Shown one piece after another: positions 49,867 to 62,200 of a stretch of 64,000 nucleotides of DNA. Each line of letters starts with the position of its first letter. Position 1 is the stretch's first letter. The translations under genes were made by a program, and so were the position numbers. This DNA comes from Octopus bimaculoides (Eukaryota), in contig NC_068984.1 in assembly GCF_001194135.2 (NCBI RefSeq), positions 68,547,196-68,611,195 on the forward strand, given 5' to 3'. The notes under the pieces are model-generated. The model made no database searches. It was not told the DNA's origin and saw only the letters and a program-made list of their open reading frames with translations.

Positions 49867-52149
49867 ACAATCATTTTTAAAATGTTAGTAGAATCATTCG
49901 AGAGTTAGGAGGAATTAAATATGCGCGCTTACTTGTCCCGACATTTTACGATCTGAGTTCAAATTCCATTAAAGTTATCTTAGCCGTCTTTCCTTTTGAG
50001 GTCGATGAAGTAAAATGTGGTGAAGTAAGAAGAAAGTCCGATAAANNNNNNNNNNNNNNNNNNNNNNNNNNNNNNNNNNNNNNNNNNNNNNNNNNNNNNN
50101 NNNNNNNNNNNNNNNNNNNNNNNNNNNNNNNNNNNNNNNNNNNNNNNNNNNNNNNNNNNNNNNNNNNNNNNNNNNNNNNNNNNNNNNNNNNNNNNNNNNN
50201 NNNNNNNNNNNNNNNNNNNNNNNNNNNNNNNNNNNNNNNNNNNNNNNNNNNNNNNNNNNNNNNNNNNNNNNNNNNNNNNNNNNNNNNNNNNNNNNNNNNN
50301 NNNNNNNNNNNNNNNNNNNNNNNNNNNNNNNNNNNNNNNNNNNNNNNNNNNNNNNNNNNNNNNNNNNNNNNNNNNNNNNNNNNNNNNNNNNNNNNNNNNN
50401 NNNNNNNNNNNNNNNNNNNNNNNNNNNNNNNNNNNNNNNNNNNNNNNNNNNNNNNNNNNNNNNNNNNNNNNNNNNNNNNNNNNNNNNNNNNNNNNNNNNN
50501 NNNNNNNNNNNNNNNNNNNNNNNNNNNNNNNNNNNNNNNNNNNNNNNNNNNNNNNNNNNNNNNNNNNNNNNNNNNNNNNNNNNNNNNNNNNNNNNNNNNN
50601 NNNNNNNNNNNNNNNNNNNNNNNNNNNNNNNNNNNNNNNNNNNNNNNNNNNNNNNNNNNNNNNNNNNNNNNNNNNNNNNNNNNNNNNNNNNNNNNGAAAA
50701 TATTTTAGAGAATTTGTTTACATCTAAAAGAAATTTTGAGTTCAAACTCTGCGCAAATCGACTTTGGTTTTGTTATCTTTTGAAAAATTAAAAAAAAAAA
50801 ATGAACGCAAGCCACGAACTGGAGTCGATATAATCGAAATCGACTATAATCGGGAAGATGTTTTATCATAGCGAAAGTTCAATGAAGGAAACTAGCAAAG
50901 GAACTAAAATATAAAATAGTATAAACCTCGCATAAATCTCACATAATATTGGATTATTCAAAAAAAATAATGGTGTTTCTTTTAGTTCAACCGCAGATCA
51001 ATCTCAATCGTTGAACATACCTGTGGTCAACCCTGATCAATGAATATTCCAAACATAGTCATTCAGTATTATTTCCTAATCTCATTATCTAGTGTATCCT
51101 TCCTGTTTTCATATTATTTTATTTTTTTAAGAAGGTAAGATATGATTTATGGGGGATTAGACTATTACTTTTAGTAGGTCTCGATCAACCATCTAGAAGT
51201 TCCCTGTTTTTTTTGCGGTATAAGGTTTTGAAATGATAAAAAAAGAAACTAAAAAAAAATTCCATTTGATTCGATACAATTCTGTTAAAGCGTAAAAAGG
51301 CTATAGATTTCTCTACATTAGAAATCAATGTTTTTAGAGTCAACGAACGCCTGAGAACTCCTTCTGTGGTTGTCTGGTTTCGACAATGTTTATTGTTCAA
51401 AACATTATCGAAATACTTGGAAACAGGAGAAATCTGCAGCAGAGATCAATCAAAATATATAGAATAAGTATGAAAAATAGAAAACAAAGACAAAAAATAA
51501 TAATAATAAAAGGGAAATTGGCATACACATGAAATACATTGTACTAGGATACACATGTCTCTATATTTCCATATGTTACACACACATTCACTTATAAAGA
51601 AATTTACACAAGCATACAAACACATAAGTATATACGTATATATATACAGTTTTCATTATATAGCTGAAATTTCACAAATTACTACTAATAGTTTCAGAAC
51701 CTCGGGTAAAATCTCCACTTCTGGTATTGAGTGCTTTTCCATTTACTTACAAAACAAAAGCATTTGCCTACTTATACAAATGCACGCGCACACACGCACA
51801 CGCACACACACACGCACGCACGCACATACACACTTTCCTGCATACACACGCACATGGGTATGTCTAGATTTGCTTATTGTCCTTTCAATTATTTGTCATC
51901 CACGGCCTACAGTATATACATACATACATACTCAAATACACACACACACACACACACACAAATATATACAATATAAATATGTATACATAGATATAATAAA
52001 CGTATGATCACATACAGATACATACACGCTCACACGCATGTGTATATACATGTGTGTATATGCTTATACATTGTATATACATTTGTATGCATATATATAT
52101 ACGCTGGCGTGGGTATTGGCGTAGGTATGGTAGTAGGTATATGCGTGCA

Positions 52150-52290
52150 CGTGTGTAATTGAAAAACTGTTTTTCCAACATGAGATTACGAGTTCAGTCC
52201 CATTGCGCTGCATCTTGGGTAAGTGTCTTCTGTTGTAGCTTTTGAGTGGATTTAGTAGACAGAAACTCAAAGATGTCTGTTGTATATATA
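52150..52290 (+). mobile_element. Family B SINE, 5' half
   Basis: GAGTTCAGTCCCATTGCGCTGCATCTTGGGTAAGTGTCTTCT..GAGTGGATTTAGTAGACAGAAACT. Confidence 0.7.
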
Positions 52291-52292
52291 TA

Positions 52293-52742
52293 CAACAGTA
52301 GCATTGTCCTCTGTGGGACCGCCACATTTAGTTGGCAAATATACTTCACGATTCCGTATTGCTACTGTTTAGAGATTTAATATTGCTATGTGTGTGTGTG
52401 TGTGTGTGCGTGCGTGTGTGTGTGTATACACACGCAGACACACACGCATATACGTACACGCACACATACACACACACACACACACACACATATGACTGAC
52501 CACGTGTTATTTTCCAGAAACCCGGGTCTGTGTGTATCACGTAAGGCTAGAGATGGGAACGGTGATTTCCCTTCGCAAATACTTATCAGACAAGACAGTG
52601 TGTCGCGAGCCAGCTGGAGGAGATGTCCTGCTGTGGATAAAAGCAACAGTAGCATCGTCCTCTATGGGACTGCCACATTTAGTTGGCAAATATACTTCAC
52701 GATTCTGTGCAGCTACTCTTTACTTCTCAGAGATTTATTATT
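52293..52742. repeat. About 95-bp direct repeat, copies at 52293-52385 and 52643-52742
   Basis: CAACAGTAGCAT(T/C)GTCCTCT(G/A)TGGGAC(C/T)GCCACATTTAGTTGGCAAATATACTTCACGATTC in both copies. Confidence 0.9.
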
Positions 52743-53004
52743 CCAATACACACAAACACACACATGCACACACTCACACACACACATAATGGTCGTGACT
52801 TCTGGAAATTGACTGAGGAAAGAAATTCACGAATGACCCATCTTTTTTTGCCTGCCTTTCTAATTATTGTTTCTCTTGTCCGTCTTTGTATCGTCTATCT
52901 GTCCGAATGCTTAAATGTCCCCTATTGCGTTTTTGTTCCATTTTTATAGTCACACACACACATATATATATACGCATACACACACACACACACACACACA
53001 CACA

Positions 53005-53632
53005 ACTTTTACCTTTGACTTCTTTCAGTTATTTGACTGTAGCCACACTGGGGTACCGCCTTAGAGGGTTGTAGTCGAACAAACTGACCCCGGGACGTAT
53101 TCTTTAAAGCGTGGTATTTATTCTATCGGTTTCTTTTTTCAGAATCACTGAGTTACAGGAACGCAAACACACCAACACCGGTTGTCAATCGGTGGTTAGA
53201 GGACAAACACAGACAGAAAAACACACACAAATAGTTATATAAAAATACATATATACGACAGTCTTCTTTCAGTTTCCGTCTAACAAATCCACTCGTAAGA
53301 CTTTGGTCGGCCCGAGGCTATAATAGAAGACAGTTGCCCAAGGTGCCACGCAGTGGGACTGAACCCCAAACCATGTGGTCGGGAAGCAAGCTTCTTATTT
53401 CTTTACTGCCCACAAGGGGCTAAACATAGAGGGGACAAACAAGGACAGACAAAGGGATCAAGTCGATCATATCTACTCCAGTGCGTAACTGGTACTTATT
53501 TCATCGACCTCGAAAGGATGAAAGGCAAAGTCGACCTCGGCGGTATTTGAACTTGGACGAAATTCCGCTAAGTATTTCGCCCGGTGTGCTAACGTTTCTG
53601 CCAGCTCGTCGCCTTCTTACCATACAGCCACA
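53005..53632 (-). mobile_element. Family B SINE with a nested family A SINE (53398-53612)
   Basis: B head ..GCAAGCTTCTTA|CCATACAGCCAC is split; CTTCTTA is duplicated at 53391-53397 and 53613-53619. Confidence 0.9.
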
Positions 53633-54260
53633 TTATAACTGAAAGGCACCCATTTCTCGTACTCAGAGTTAATCGTTTTCAATAATCAGCTGGTAATCTG
53701 AGCGTGCTTTTCTTTCGAAATATGAAATGAAAGTTTGTAGTAAACTCTTAAAACGCTTTCGCGTGTGACACGTGCCAAAACAGCTGCTTCAAGCTCACGT
53801 TTTTGATTTTATTTCTTGTTCTGGGAATATTCTAAACGTGGAAATATTCTAAATTTCATACGAGCAAAGTCAGTTTAATAACATTTCTCATGAAATTGCT
53901 TTATAGTTTAAGTGATGTAGTAAAGTAATACTTTAAATTAATTAAAAAGAGAAATTGCTATTATAAACAATGAATGTGTGTGCGCTTGTGCTCTTGTGCA
54001 TTTTGTGTGCGCCCATGCACAGGCGTATATATGCACATGCACACTTTTATGTACACGCACCTGTATGTACATATATAAGTGCACACTTGTATGTAAATTT
54101 ATATATGTATACATTTATACATGTGCATATATGCACAAACGCATACATTGACACATATGCACACATTAAAAATACATTTATGAAGCATATAACGGTAAAA
54201 CACTTCGAAGCTAGTGCTTTTATTTTTTATCTCCGAACCAGGACGAAGTTAAAGAAGGTT

Positions 54261-54685
54261 AAGGCGCCGAGCTGGCAGAAACGTTAGCACGCCGGGCGCA
54301 ATGCTTAGCAGTATTTCGTCTGCCGTTACGTTCTGAGTTCAAATTCCGCTGTGGTTGACTTTGCCTTTCATCCTTTCAGGGTCGATTAAATAAGTACCAG
54401 TTACGCACTGGAGTCGATATAATCGACTTAATCCCTTTGTCTGTCCTTGTTTGTCCCCTCTATGTTTAGCCCCTTGTGGGCAATAAGGAAATAACAAAAC
54501 GTCAGCACGCCGGGTGAAATACTTAGCGTTTTTACGTTCTGCGCTCAAATTCCGCCGAGGTGGACTTTGCTTTTCATCCTTTCGGGGTCGATAAATTAAG
54601 TACCAGTTGCGTACTGGGGTCGATCAAATAGATTGGTCCCCTCCCCAAAAATTTCGAGCCTTTTGCTTAGAGTAGAAAAGAAAAG
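54261..54685 (+). mobile_element. Two tandem family A SINEs (54261-54492; 5'-truncated copy 54497-54685, different tail)
   Basis: The core CCTTTCATCCTTTC..GGTCGAT..AAGTACCAG appears twice. Confidence 0.9.
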
Positions 54686-54761
54686 AAGGTCGGTATTTAC
54701 GTAAAAGTTTCTTAGTCCCGAGTATATAAGGCCGTAGAAATTCCGTTCGTTTGCTTCGGTC

Positions 54762-54970
54762 ATTGGACTGCGGCCATGGTATGTACTGAAACGATAGAAG
54801 AAGTATCAGGCTTTAGAACAAAGGAACCATTCAAGGGTTTCATCGAATATATCGGTCCCAGTACTTATTTGTTAAAGCCTGGTGCTTATTCTATCGCTTA
54901 CTTTTGCTGAACCGCTACGTTATGTGGACGTAAACAAGCCGGTACTGGTTGTCAAACGTTAGTGGAAGAC
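54762..54970 (-). mobile_element. Family B SINE, 3' half
   Basis: GACTGCGGCCATGG..AGTACTTATT..CTATCG..GCTGAACCGCTACGTTA..GGTTGTCAAACG. Confidence 0.75.
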
Positions 54971-55125
54971 AAATTCTCATTGTTGTCTGTGGAAATTTTA
55001 GAGATAACACTAAACTTCATAGCAAGTAACAAACGCTTGGCCAAATATATTCATATGGCATTCTCATTTCCTTCATTTTTAGCAGCAATTCTCTTAATTT
55101 TCAACTCCTGTGAAAATATTTTTCT

Positions 55126-55900
55126 CATACAGCATGGCAAGACGCATTTGTGCTATAGTGACTGACCCCAAAATACGTGAAATCCGACTCAACGAGNNNN
55201 NNNNNNNNNNNNNNNNNNNNNNNNNNNNNNNNNNNNNNNNNNNNNNNNNNNNNNNNNNNNNNNNNNNNNNNNNNNNCCATTCCTGGATATCCACATAAAA
55301 ATACAGAACTCCACAGTCACAACAGACATATTGTTCAAAAGAACTGACACACCAATGTTTAAATTTCTACTCTTGCCATCCATCACACATCAAAAGGAAC
55401 GTCCCATACAGCATGGCAAGACGCATTTGTGCTATAGTGACTGACCCCAAAATACGTGAAATCCGACTCAACGAGCTCAAAGGCTTCCTAGCAATGCAGA
55501 AATACCCCTTAGGATTAATTAATGGAGGAATTAAAAAGGCGATGGAACTGAGCATCACCCAACTACGGACATCTAAGGAAAAAATTCAAGAGCTGATTTT
55601 CGTTCAAAATAAATGCAGATATGAACTGCGAAACGCAGAACCTCATATACTGCTTTACCTGTCTCAACTGCAAAGAAACTTACATTGGTGAAACAAATAA
55701 TTCCCTCTGCCAACGTGCAAGAATCCACAGGCAGCATATCTGACAAGAGGAATTACGTAAGATTCCGTTAAGCAAGCATCTGGAAATATGCAGCGACTGA
55801 AAATCCAAAATCTTTCCCTTTTACAAATATTCACGGGATGATCCACAAATACCGAAAAGCAATGGAGCTACATTTCATCAAAAAATTCTCTCCAATATTT
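55126..55900 (+). mobile_element. Penelope-like element: RT C-terminus plus GIY-YIG endonuclease, internally deleted and inactive
   Basis: PFLDIHIKI..TTDILFKRTDT..CHPSHIKRNVPYSMARRICAIVTD..RLNELK.FL..QKYP..I..GIKKA, then LIYCFTCLNCKETYIGETNNSLCQR..HRQHI..LSKHLEIC..KIFPFYK. Confidence 0.92.
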
Positions 55901-55959
55901 GAAAGAAAAGCGGAGAATTTGCATTTTTGATTCTGAATGTAGCTCCAATATTGGAAAAA

Positions 55960-56235
55960 TGATACTCATCTCTATAAATATTCAGGTATATTTATATAAC
56001 GTTGGAATATTCTAACTTTACGTATTTTTCTAATTTGTAAATATTGTTTGTTCATGCAAAATTTGAAATTGAAAGACACCTTAAGGAAAGAAAAAAATAC
56101 ACTATTACCGCTGTTTCTGCTTCAACATTTATAACATGATACTCATCTCTATAACATTGGGTTTTATTTTTCGAATTTGTAAATATTATACTAATGTTTT
56201 TTCATGCAGAAACATGAGATTAAAAGAAACCTGAC
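55960..56235. repeat. Degenerate direct repeat, period about 175 bp
   Basis: ATGATACTCATCTCTATAA...AATTTGTAAATATT...TTCATGCA occurs at about 55960 and 56137. Confidence 0.75.
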
Positions 56236-57255
56236 TTTATTTTTCAATGCAAAACATCGAAATTACACAGTGTAGACATAGACATACTTCCAAACACATG
56301 AACTCACGGGTACACATACGCGCGCGCACACACACACACACACACGCATACACACACACACATATATATACATATTTAAATTTTCATAGAACCTCTTCTC
56401 TTCTTTCTGGCACCTTAAGAAAAATAAAGAAACAAAAATGCTTTCAGTGATGACCACACCCCATCCATTTTTCCTTTTTGTCCCCATCCTAAAACTGACA
56501 TCTTGGAGTGGTCACCATCCTTGAACTCCTGTCAATACAATAGTAAATAACTAACTAAATAAATAAGTGGTAAATACATGTCAAATTGAAAATAATCCCT
56601 TCCTTCTCCCTATCTTTACTTGTCTCTCTCTCTCTCTCTCTCTCCCTCTATCTGTCTATCTATCTCTATTGTCACCCTCCTCCGAAATCAATGTTCTTTT
56701 CTAAAAAAAAAGCATGTTTTATATAAATGAATAACCTGTGCGCACATTCACAATTTTATTTGACAAGTTCGAAAAACGAACGAAAGCGCTAATAATAATG
56801 AATAAATAATTTTTTTTTTTCAAAAGTTCTGGTGACCTCCTTTTTTTCTGAATATATACGACCCTCCATCTTTGTTTTCGTTCGGTTTCTCTGTATGTCT
56901 CCAGTGTCATATTTTTGTTCCCAACTTTGACCCTCCATAAATCCTAAATTTTATTTTGGAACTTATGGGAGTAACTGTCTTTGAAGACTCATATTGTCGC
57001 TGAATGCTCGAAATGCTCGTATTTATAGGTGATTAGTACCAAGGTGGGTAATTACACTATACATAGTTTTAATTTTAAATTATCCTCTGTTATTATTTTC
57101 AAATTTACCTTTATTGGGAGGTATATATAATTTTAGTAATAATTTTAGTAATAATTTTAGTAATATTTAATTCATATATTTATTTAATTTAAATTATTGC
57201 AGTATAAATTAAAAAAAAATTATATATACACATGCATAAGGAAAAAAAACATATA

Positions 57256-57420
57256 ATAATAAATGCAGAAATAAACGAAAAGCAGATACAGGAAGTCACC
57301 AATGTCCCACCAATTATCGGACAGAGAGTCAAACGCAATTTTGCGCCTGACTCTCTGGCCGATAAATGATGAGGAGTTGGTGACCTGTGTCTGTTTTCCG
57401 TTTTCCAGTGCATTTATTAT
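57256..57420. repeat. Long imperfect palindrome (fold-back, about 80-nt arms, 2-nt loop)
   Basis: ATAATAAATGCA..GTCACCAA..TATCGGACAGAGAGTCAAACGCAA-TT-TTGCGCCTGACTCTCTGGCCGATA..TTGGTGAC..TGCATTTATTAT. Confidence 0.9.
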
Positions 57421-58405
57421 GTTTTTACCTTATCAATTTATCAATTAATGGAACGCTACGTACCCTTGACTTTTACGTATNNNNNNNNNNNNNNNNNNNN
57501 NNNNNNNNNNNNNNNNNNNNNNNNNNNNNNNNNNNNNNNNNNNNNNNNNNNNNNNNNNNNNNNNNNNNNNNNNNNNNNNNNNNNNNNNNNNNNNNNNNNN
57601 NNNNNNNNNNNNNNNNNNNNNNNNNNNNNNNNNNNNNNNNNNNNNNNNNNNNNNNNNNNNNNNNNNNNNNNNNNNNNNNNNNNNNNNNNNNNNNNNNNNN
57701 NNNNNNNNNNNNNNNNNNNNNNNNNNNNNNNNNNNNNNNNNNNNNNNNNNNNNNNNNNNNNNNNNNNNNNNNNNNNNNNNNNNNNNNNNNNNNNNNNNNN
57801 NNNNNNNNNNNNNNNNNNNNNNNNNNNNNNNNNNNNNNNNNNNNNNNNNNNNNNNNNNNNNNNNNNNNNNNNNNNNNNNNNNNNNNNNNNNNNNNNNNNN
57901 NNNNNNNNNNNNNNNNNNNNNNNNNNNNNNNNNNNNNNNNNNNNNNNNNNNNNNNNNNNNNNNNNNNNNNNNNNNNNNNNNNNNNNNNNNNNNNNNNNNN
58001 NNNNNNNNNNNNNNNNNNNNNNNNNNNNNNNNNNNNNNNNNNNNNNNNNNNNNNNNNNNNNNNNNNNNNNNNNNNNNNNNNNNNNNNNNNNNNNNNNNNN
58101 NNNNNNNNNNNNNNNNNNNNNNNNNNNNNNNNNNNNNNNNNNNNNNNNNNNNNNNNNNNNNNNNNNNNNNNNNNNNNNNNNNNNNNNNNNNNNNNNNNNN
58201 NNNNNNNNNNNNNNNNNNNNNNNNNNNNNNNNNNNNNNNNNNNNNNNNNNNNNNNNNNNNNNNNNNNNNNNNNNNNNNNNNNNNNNNNNNNNNNNNNNNN
58301 NNNNNNNNNNNNNNNNNNNNNNNNNNNNNNNNNNNNNNNNNNNNNNNNNNNNNNNNNNNNNNNNNNNNNNNNNNNNNNNNNNNNNNNNNNNNNNNNNNNN
58401 NNNNN

Positions 58406-58446
<41 letters not shown>

Positions 58447-60060
58447 TACGTACATACATAGATACATATATATAGAGAGAGATGCAATACCTACCTACCT
58501 ACCAACCTACCTACTACCTACCTGCTTATCTATCGATTTACCTATCACTCTCCCCCTCTCCTCCCACACACATATAGTTGTGTGTGATTTTTGTTAAAGG
58601 AGTAAAGGAAATGTGTTATCAAAAACAAATTGCTGAGGTTCTTTGTCCATTGGGCGTTTAGGTGGTAGGAATAATACAAGAGAACCACGTTGTTGGATAC
58701 ATTTAACGGAGTTGTAAGCATTCCAGTCCTGCAGGCCAAATAATAATGGGTTCATAGTTTCTGATCTTTCCAACCTCTCTGATTCGTAAAAGTACATAAT
58801 ATCCCCTTATACACACGCACAAACATACACCAGAAACACATTTAACATGTGTATACACATGCATGCTCTTGCAAGTAACAGAAACATATGTAACTTGAAA
58901 AGAACACCATAGGTATATTTTAACTGCTGAAAATATAAATTTAATCTACTTCTTATATTACTGCAGCCCAGGCGACATTATAAACGATGTGGTGGTAGAA
59001 CGTAATCAAGCTGTAACCGGCTGATTTGTGGCTAAATAACAACAACAGCAAAAGATTTAATACTGGCGCTTAAAAAAATTCATAAGGGAACGTATATGTC
59101 GCTGTTTACCGTGCCAGAAATAGGAAATATCTATCAAATTATATCACTCAATATGGATAGAAGAAGGAAAACTCTGGACTATGCAGTCGTAGATGTATAC
59201 AAATGATGGCTGGTACACCTTTGATGGTAAGTCTGCTCGATGAAGGTTGATCTGGGGGCAAACAACAGCAATGATATGGAGCCATTGAGAGAGCATTTAC
59301 GTTTTGGCTCGACTTAAGAGAAATAGAGGTATAATCTTACTCAAATAGCATCTAACCGTCTTAGAAAAGCTACATAAAACGTAGAAAACACTCGTTATAA
59401 ATTTATACCAGAAATTGAGAACATATTTGTCTTTTAGCTATTTTTGAGAGCCCTGCGCATCGTCAACCGCTATGTTGCTGCTTGTTTCGCTTATATCTAA
59501 ATCGGGTACTGCTTGCACATAATGAAAAGAATAAGTTAGATGGGGTTGTAACAGCTTTGATCATAGGCTTGCTCGATTAGAGCTGACATGGATCTAAACA
59601 ACATCAGAAACAGCAACAACAACATTAAATAAACGAAACATAAAAGGAGGCATTATTTGTATGTACATTTTTCTTCCTCACAAATAAAATTTGATAATAA
59701 TCCTCGTAAACTGTTAGAAACAAAGAAGATAAGAATGAGAAATGTAGAATATTTTATTTTAAGGGGAGAAGAATTGGAGTTATTTTCAATAAAACATGAT
59801 CTCTACTTATTATCAATCAAATCTTGACAAAGCTTAAAAAAAAGCTCTGAAAGATACGAACAAAAAAATCAGGTTGAAAAGAATACCGAGAGGGCATAGC
59901 TAAAAGGATTTGTTAAGATATAAATACAATCTGTTGCACGGATATTTCTTAAGTCAAAGTCAAGATATACGTAGCATGATAGAGATCAAGGAAAATATAA
60001 AGAAAATAAAATGATAAAAAAGACGAGACCACACATAAGATATTAGCATACTGGTGCATA

Positions 60061-60094
<34 letters not shown>

Positions 60095-60739
60095 CGTACA
60101 TATATACATATATATAGATAGATATACACATATATACATACATATACACACACATACACACACACACATATATGTGTATATGTCTCTCTNNNNNNNNNNT
60201 CTCTCTCTCTCTCTCTCCCTCTAAAATACGTGAATACACAGAGATGCACATACATAAACACACATGCATATGTACACACAAAGCGCTGGTGATAAAATTT
60301 TCTGGATAGTATAAGATACTTCATCGTGTGAAGCATTTAACACAAAAAAAAAAACAAAACAAAATACTCAGTGGATATGAGAAGTGAGAAAAAATATCCA
60401 AAAATTATTTTGAATCCTGAGTATTGATATATTGAATATCATAGATTGAATTCGAGTTGACACTCGAAGTATGGACATAGTTACACATCTAAAAAATATA
60501 TATGCAAACATTATTGAAAATATACCTGCACACATATGTGTATGTACACATGTAAGTATGCATATATTAGAAACATGATTTATTTCTTTCATACTTGCAC
60601 TGAAGAAATGATAGCGTTTGAAGTTAAATTTTTTATTAAAATGTTTCATACTTTTTTTTTTATTAGACTTTCATACAGTATGTGAAACAAAATCAGGTAA
60701 ATTGAAATAATAACGCACTTAGTCTAATAACTTTTCCAG

Positions 60740-61080
60740 ACCTTTTCGGTCTCGTCATCTTAGAAAAATAATAACAATATTTTGACACAGGCTTGAATTT
60801 TTAAAAACAAACACGTGCGAAATGCGTTTAACCAAAATTGAAACTACGAGCTTGAACAGTACCCACCCTACCTCTCCTTCGCAGAAAGACTATTAACACA
60901 ACTTCAACTAAAATGTAAGACCAACTTTACCTAACTCTATTTTTAAACCACTATATGCATTACTATATCCACTAACTGTTACTCCTGCAACTCTCACACC
61001 ATGAACTTTAACATACTTCTCAACATTCTGAAGAGATCTGCCAAACCATTTGGCACATCGAAACGATCGTAAATGACTCA
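60740..61080 (+). mobile_element. Decayed Penelope-like 3' region carrying a hammerhead
   Basis: ..TCEMRLTKIETTSLNSTHP.. is weakly like the C.LC..E...ILN end of PLE GIY-YIG; followed by a C/T-rich spacer and the hammerhead. Confidence 0.5.
61024..61075 (+). ncRNA. Structurally intact minimal type I hammerhead ribozyme
   Basis: CATT-CTGAAGA-GAT.C.TGCCAAA(CCA)TTTGGCA.C.ATC-GAAAC-GATC-GTA-AATG: stem I CATT/AATG, 10-bp stem II with one C.C mismatch, A-U/C-G stem III with palindromic GATC loop, GUA cleavage triplet. Confidence 0.88.
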
Positions 61081-62200
61081 TTATATAATCTCCACATAAT
61101 TAAATCAATGGCTAACTAGCCCAATTGACTTGCTTCTTCTTGTGTTTGTTTCTCCATTCTCCANNNNNNNNNNNNNNNNNNNNNNNNNNNNNNNNNNNNN
61201 NNNNNNNNNNNNNNNNNNNNNNNNNNNNNNNNNNNNNNNNNNNNNNNNNNNNNNNNNNNNNNNNNNNNNNNNNNNNNNNNNNNNNNNNNNNNNNNNNNNN
61301 NNNNNNNNNNNNNNNNNNNNNNNNNNNNNNNNNNNNNNNNNNNNNNNNNNNNNNNNNNNNNNNNNNNNNNNNNNNNNNNNNNNNNNNNNNNNNNNNNNNN
61401 NNNNNNNNNNNNNNNNNNNNNNNNNNNNNNNNNNNNNNNNNNNNNNNNNNNNNNNNNNNNNNNNNNNNNNNNNNNNNNNNNNNNNNNNNNNNNNNNNNNN
61501 NNNNNNNNNNNNNNNNNNNNNNNNNNNNNNNNNNNNNNNNNNNNNNNNNNNNNNNNNNNNNNNNNNNNNNNNNNNNNNNNNNNNNNNNNNNNNNNNNNNN
61601 NNNNNNNNNNNNNNNNNNNNNNNNNNNNNNNNNNNNNNNNNNNNNNNNNNNNNNNNNNNNNNNNNNNNNNNNNNNNNNNNNNNNNNNNNNNNNNNNNNNN
61701 NNNNNNNNNNNNNNNNNNNNNNNNNNNNNNNNNNNNNNNNNNNNNNNNNNNNNNNNNNNNNNNNNNNNNNNNNNNNNNNNNNNNNNNNNNNNNNNNNNNN
61801 NNNNNNNNNNNNNNNNNNNNNNNNNNNNNNNNNNNNNNNNNNNNNNNNNNNNNNNNNNNNNNNNNNNNNNNNNNNNNNNNNNNNNNNNNNNNNNNNNNNN
61901 NNNNNNNNNNNNNNNNNNNNNNNNNNNNNNNNNNNNNNNNNNNNNNNNNNNNNNNNNNNNNNNNNNNNNNNNNNNNNNNNNNNNNNNNNNNNNNNNNNTG
62001 AGCTAGGACGTTAAAACTTAGTGTGATTGCACAACAGAGTTCAAGGTCAATCTGTGTTAAGAACGTAGTAGAGAACGGTATAAAACTCATCCACTTTCAG
62101 ATTTCAACCTGTGCTATCCAGTAGTAGTATCATACGTACTTCCAAGTTTGCGTTGGGTTTCCTGTCGTGTGTGAATTGATAGGTGAATAAAATTGGAGTC

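Noticed and set aside
58594-58730. Minus-strand peptide ..LFLPPKRPMDKEPQQFVFDNTF, reminiscent of the kinesin F.FD.VF strand
   Set aside because: An in-frame stop follows with no donor site, and no RVRP or P-loop motif is nearby; probably chance. A BLAST would settle it.
21183-62090. Long ORFs of 250-465 aa in the ORF track
   Set aside because: They are N-gap read-through plus (CA)n/(TA)n translations, not genes.
61999-62200. Minus-strand LYRSLLRS fragment suggesting an I/Nimb-like LINE
   Set aside because: Too short and frameshifted to call.
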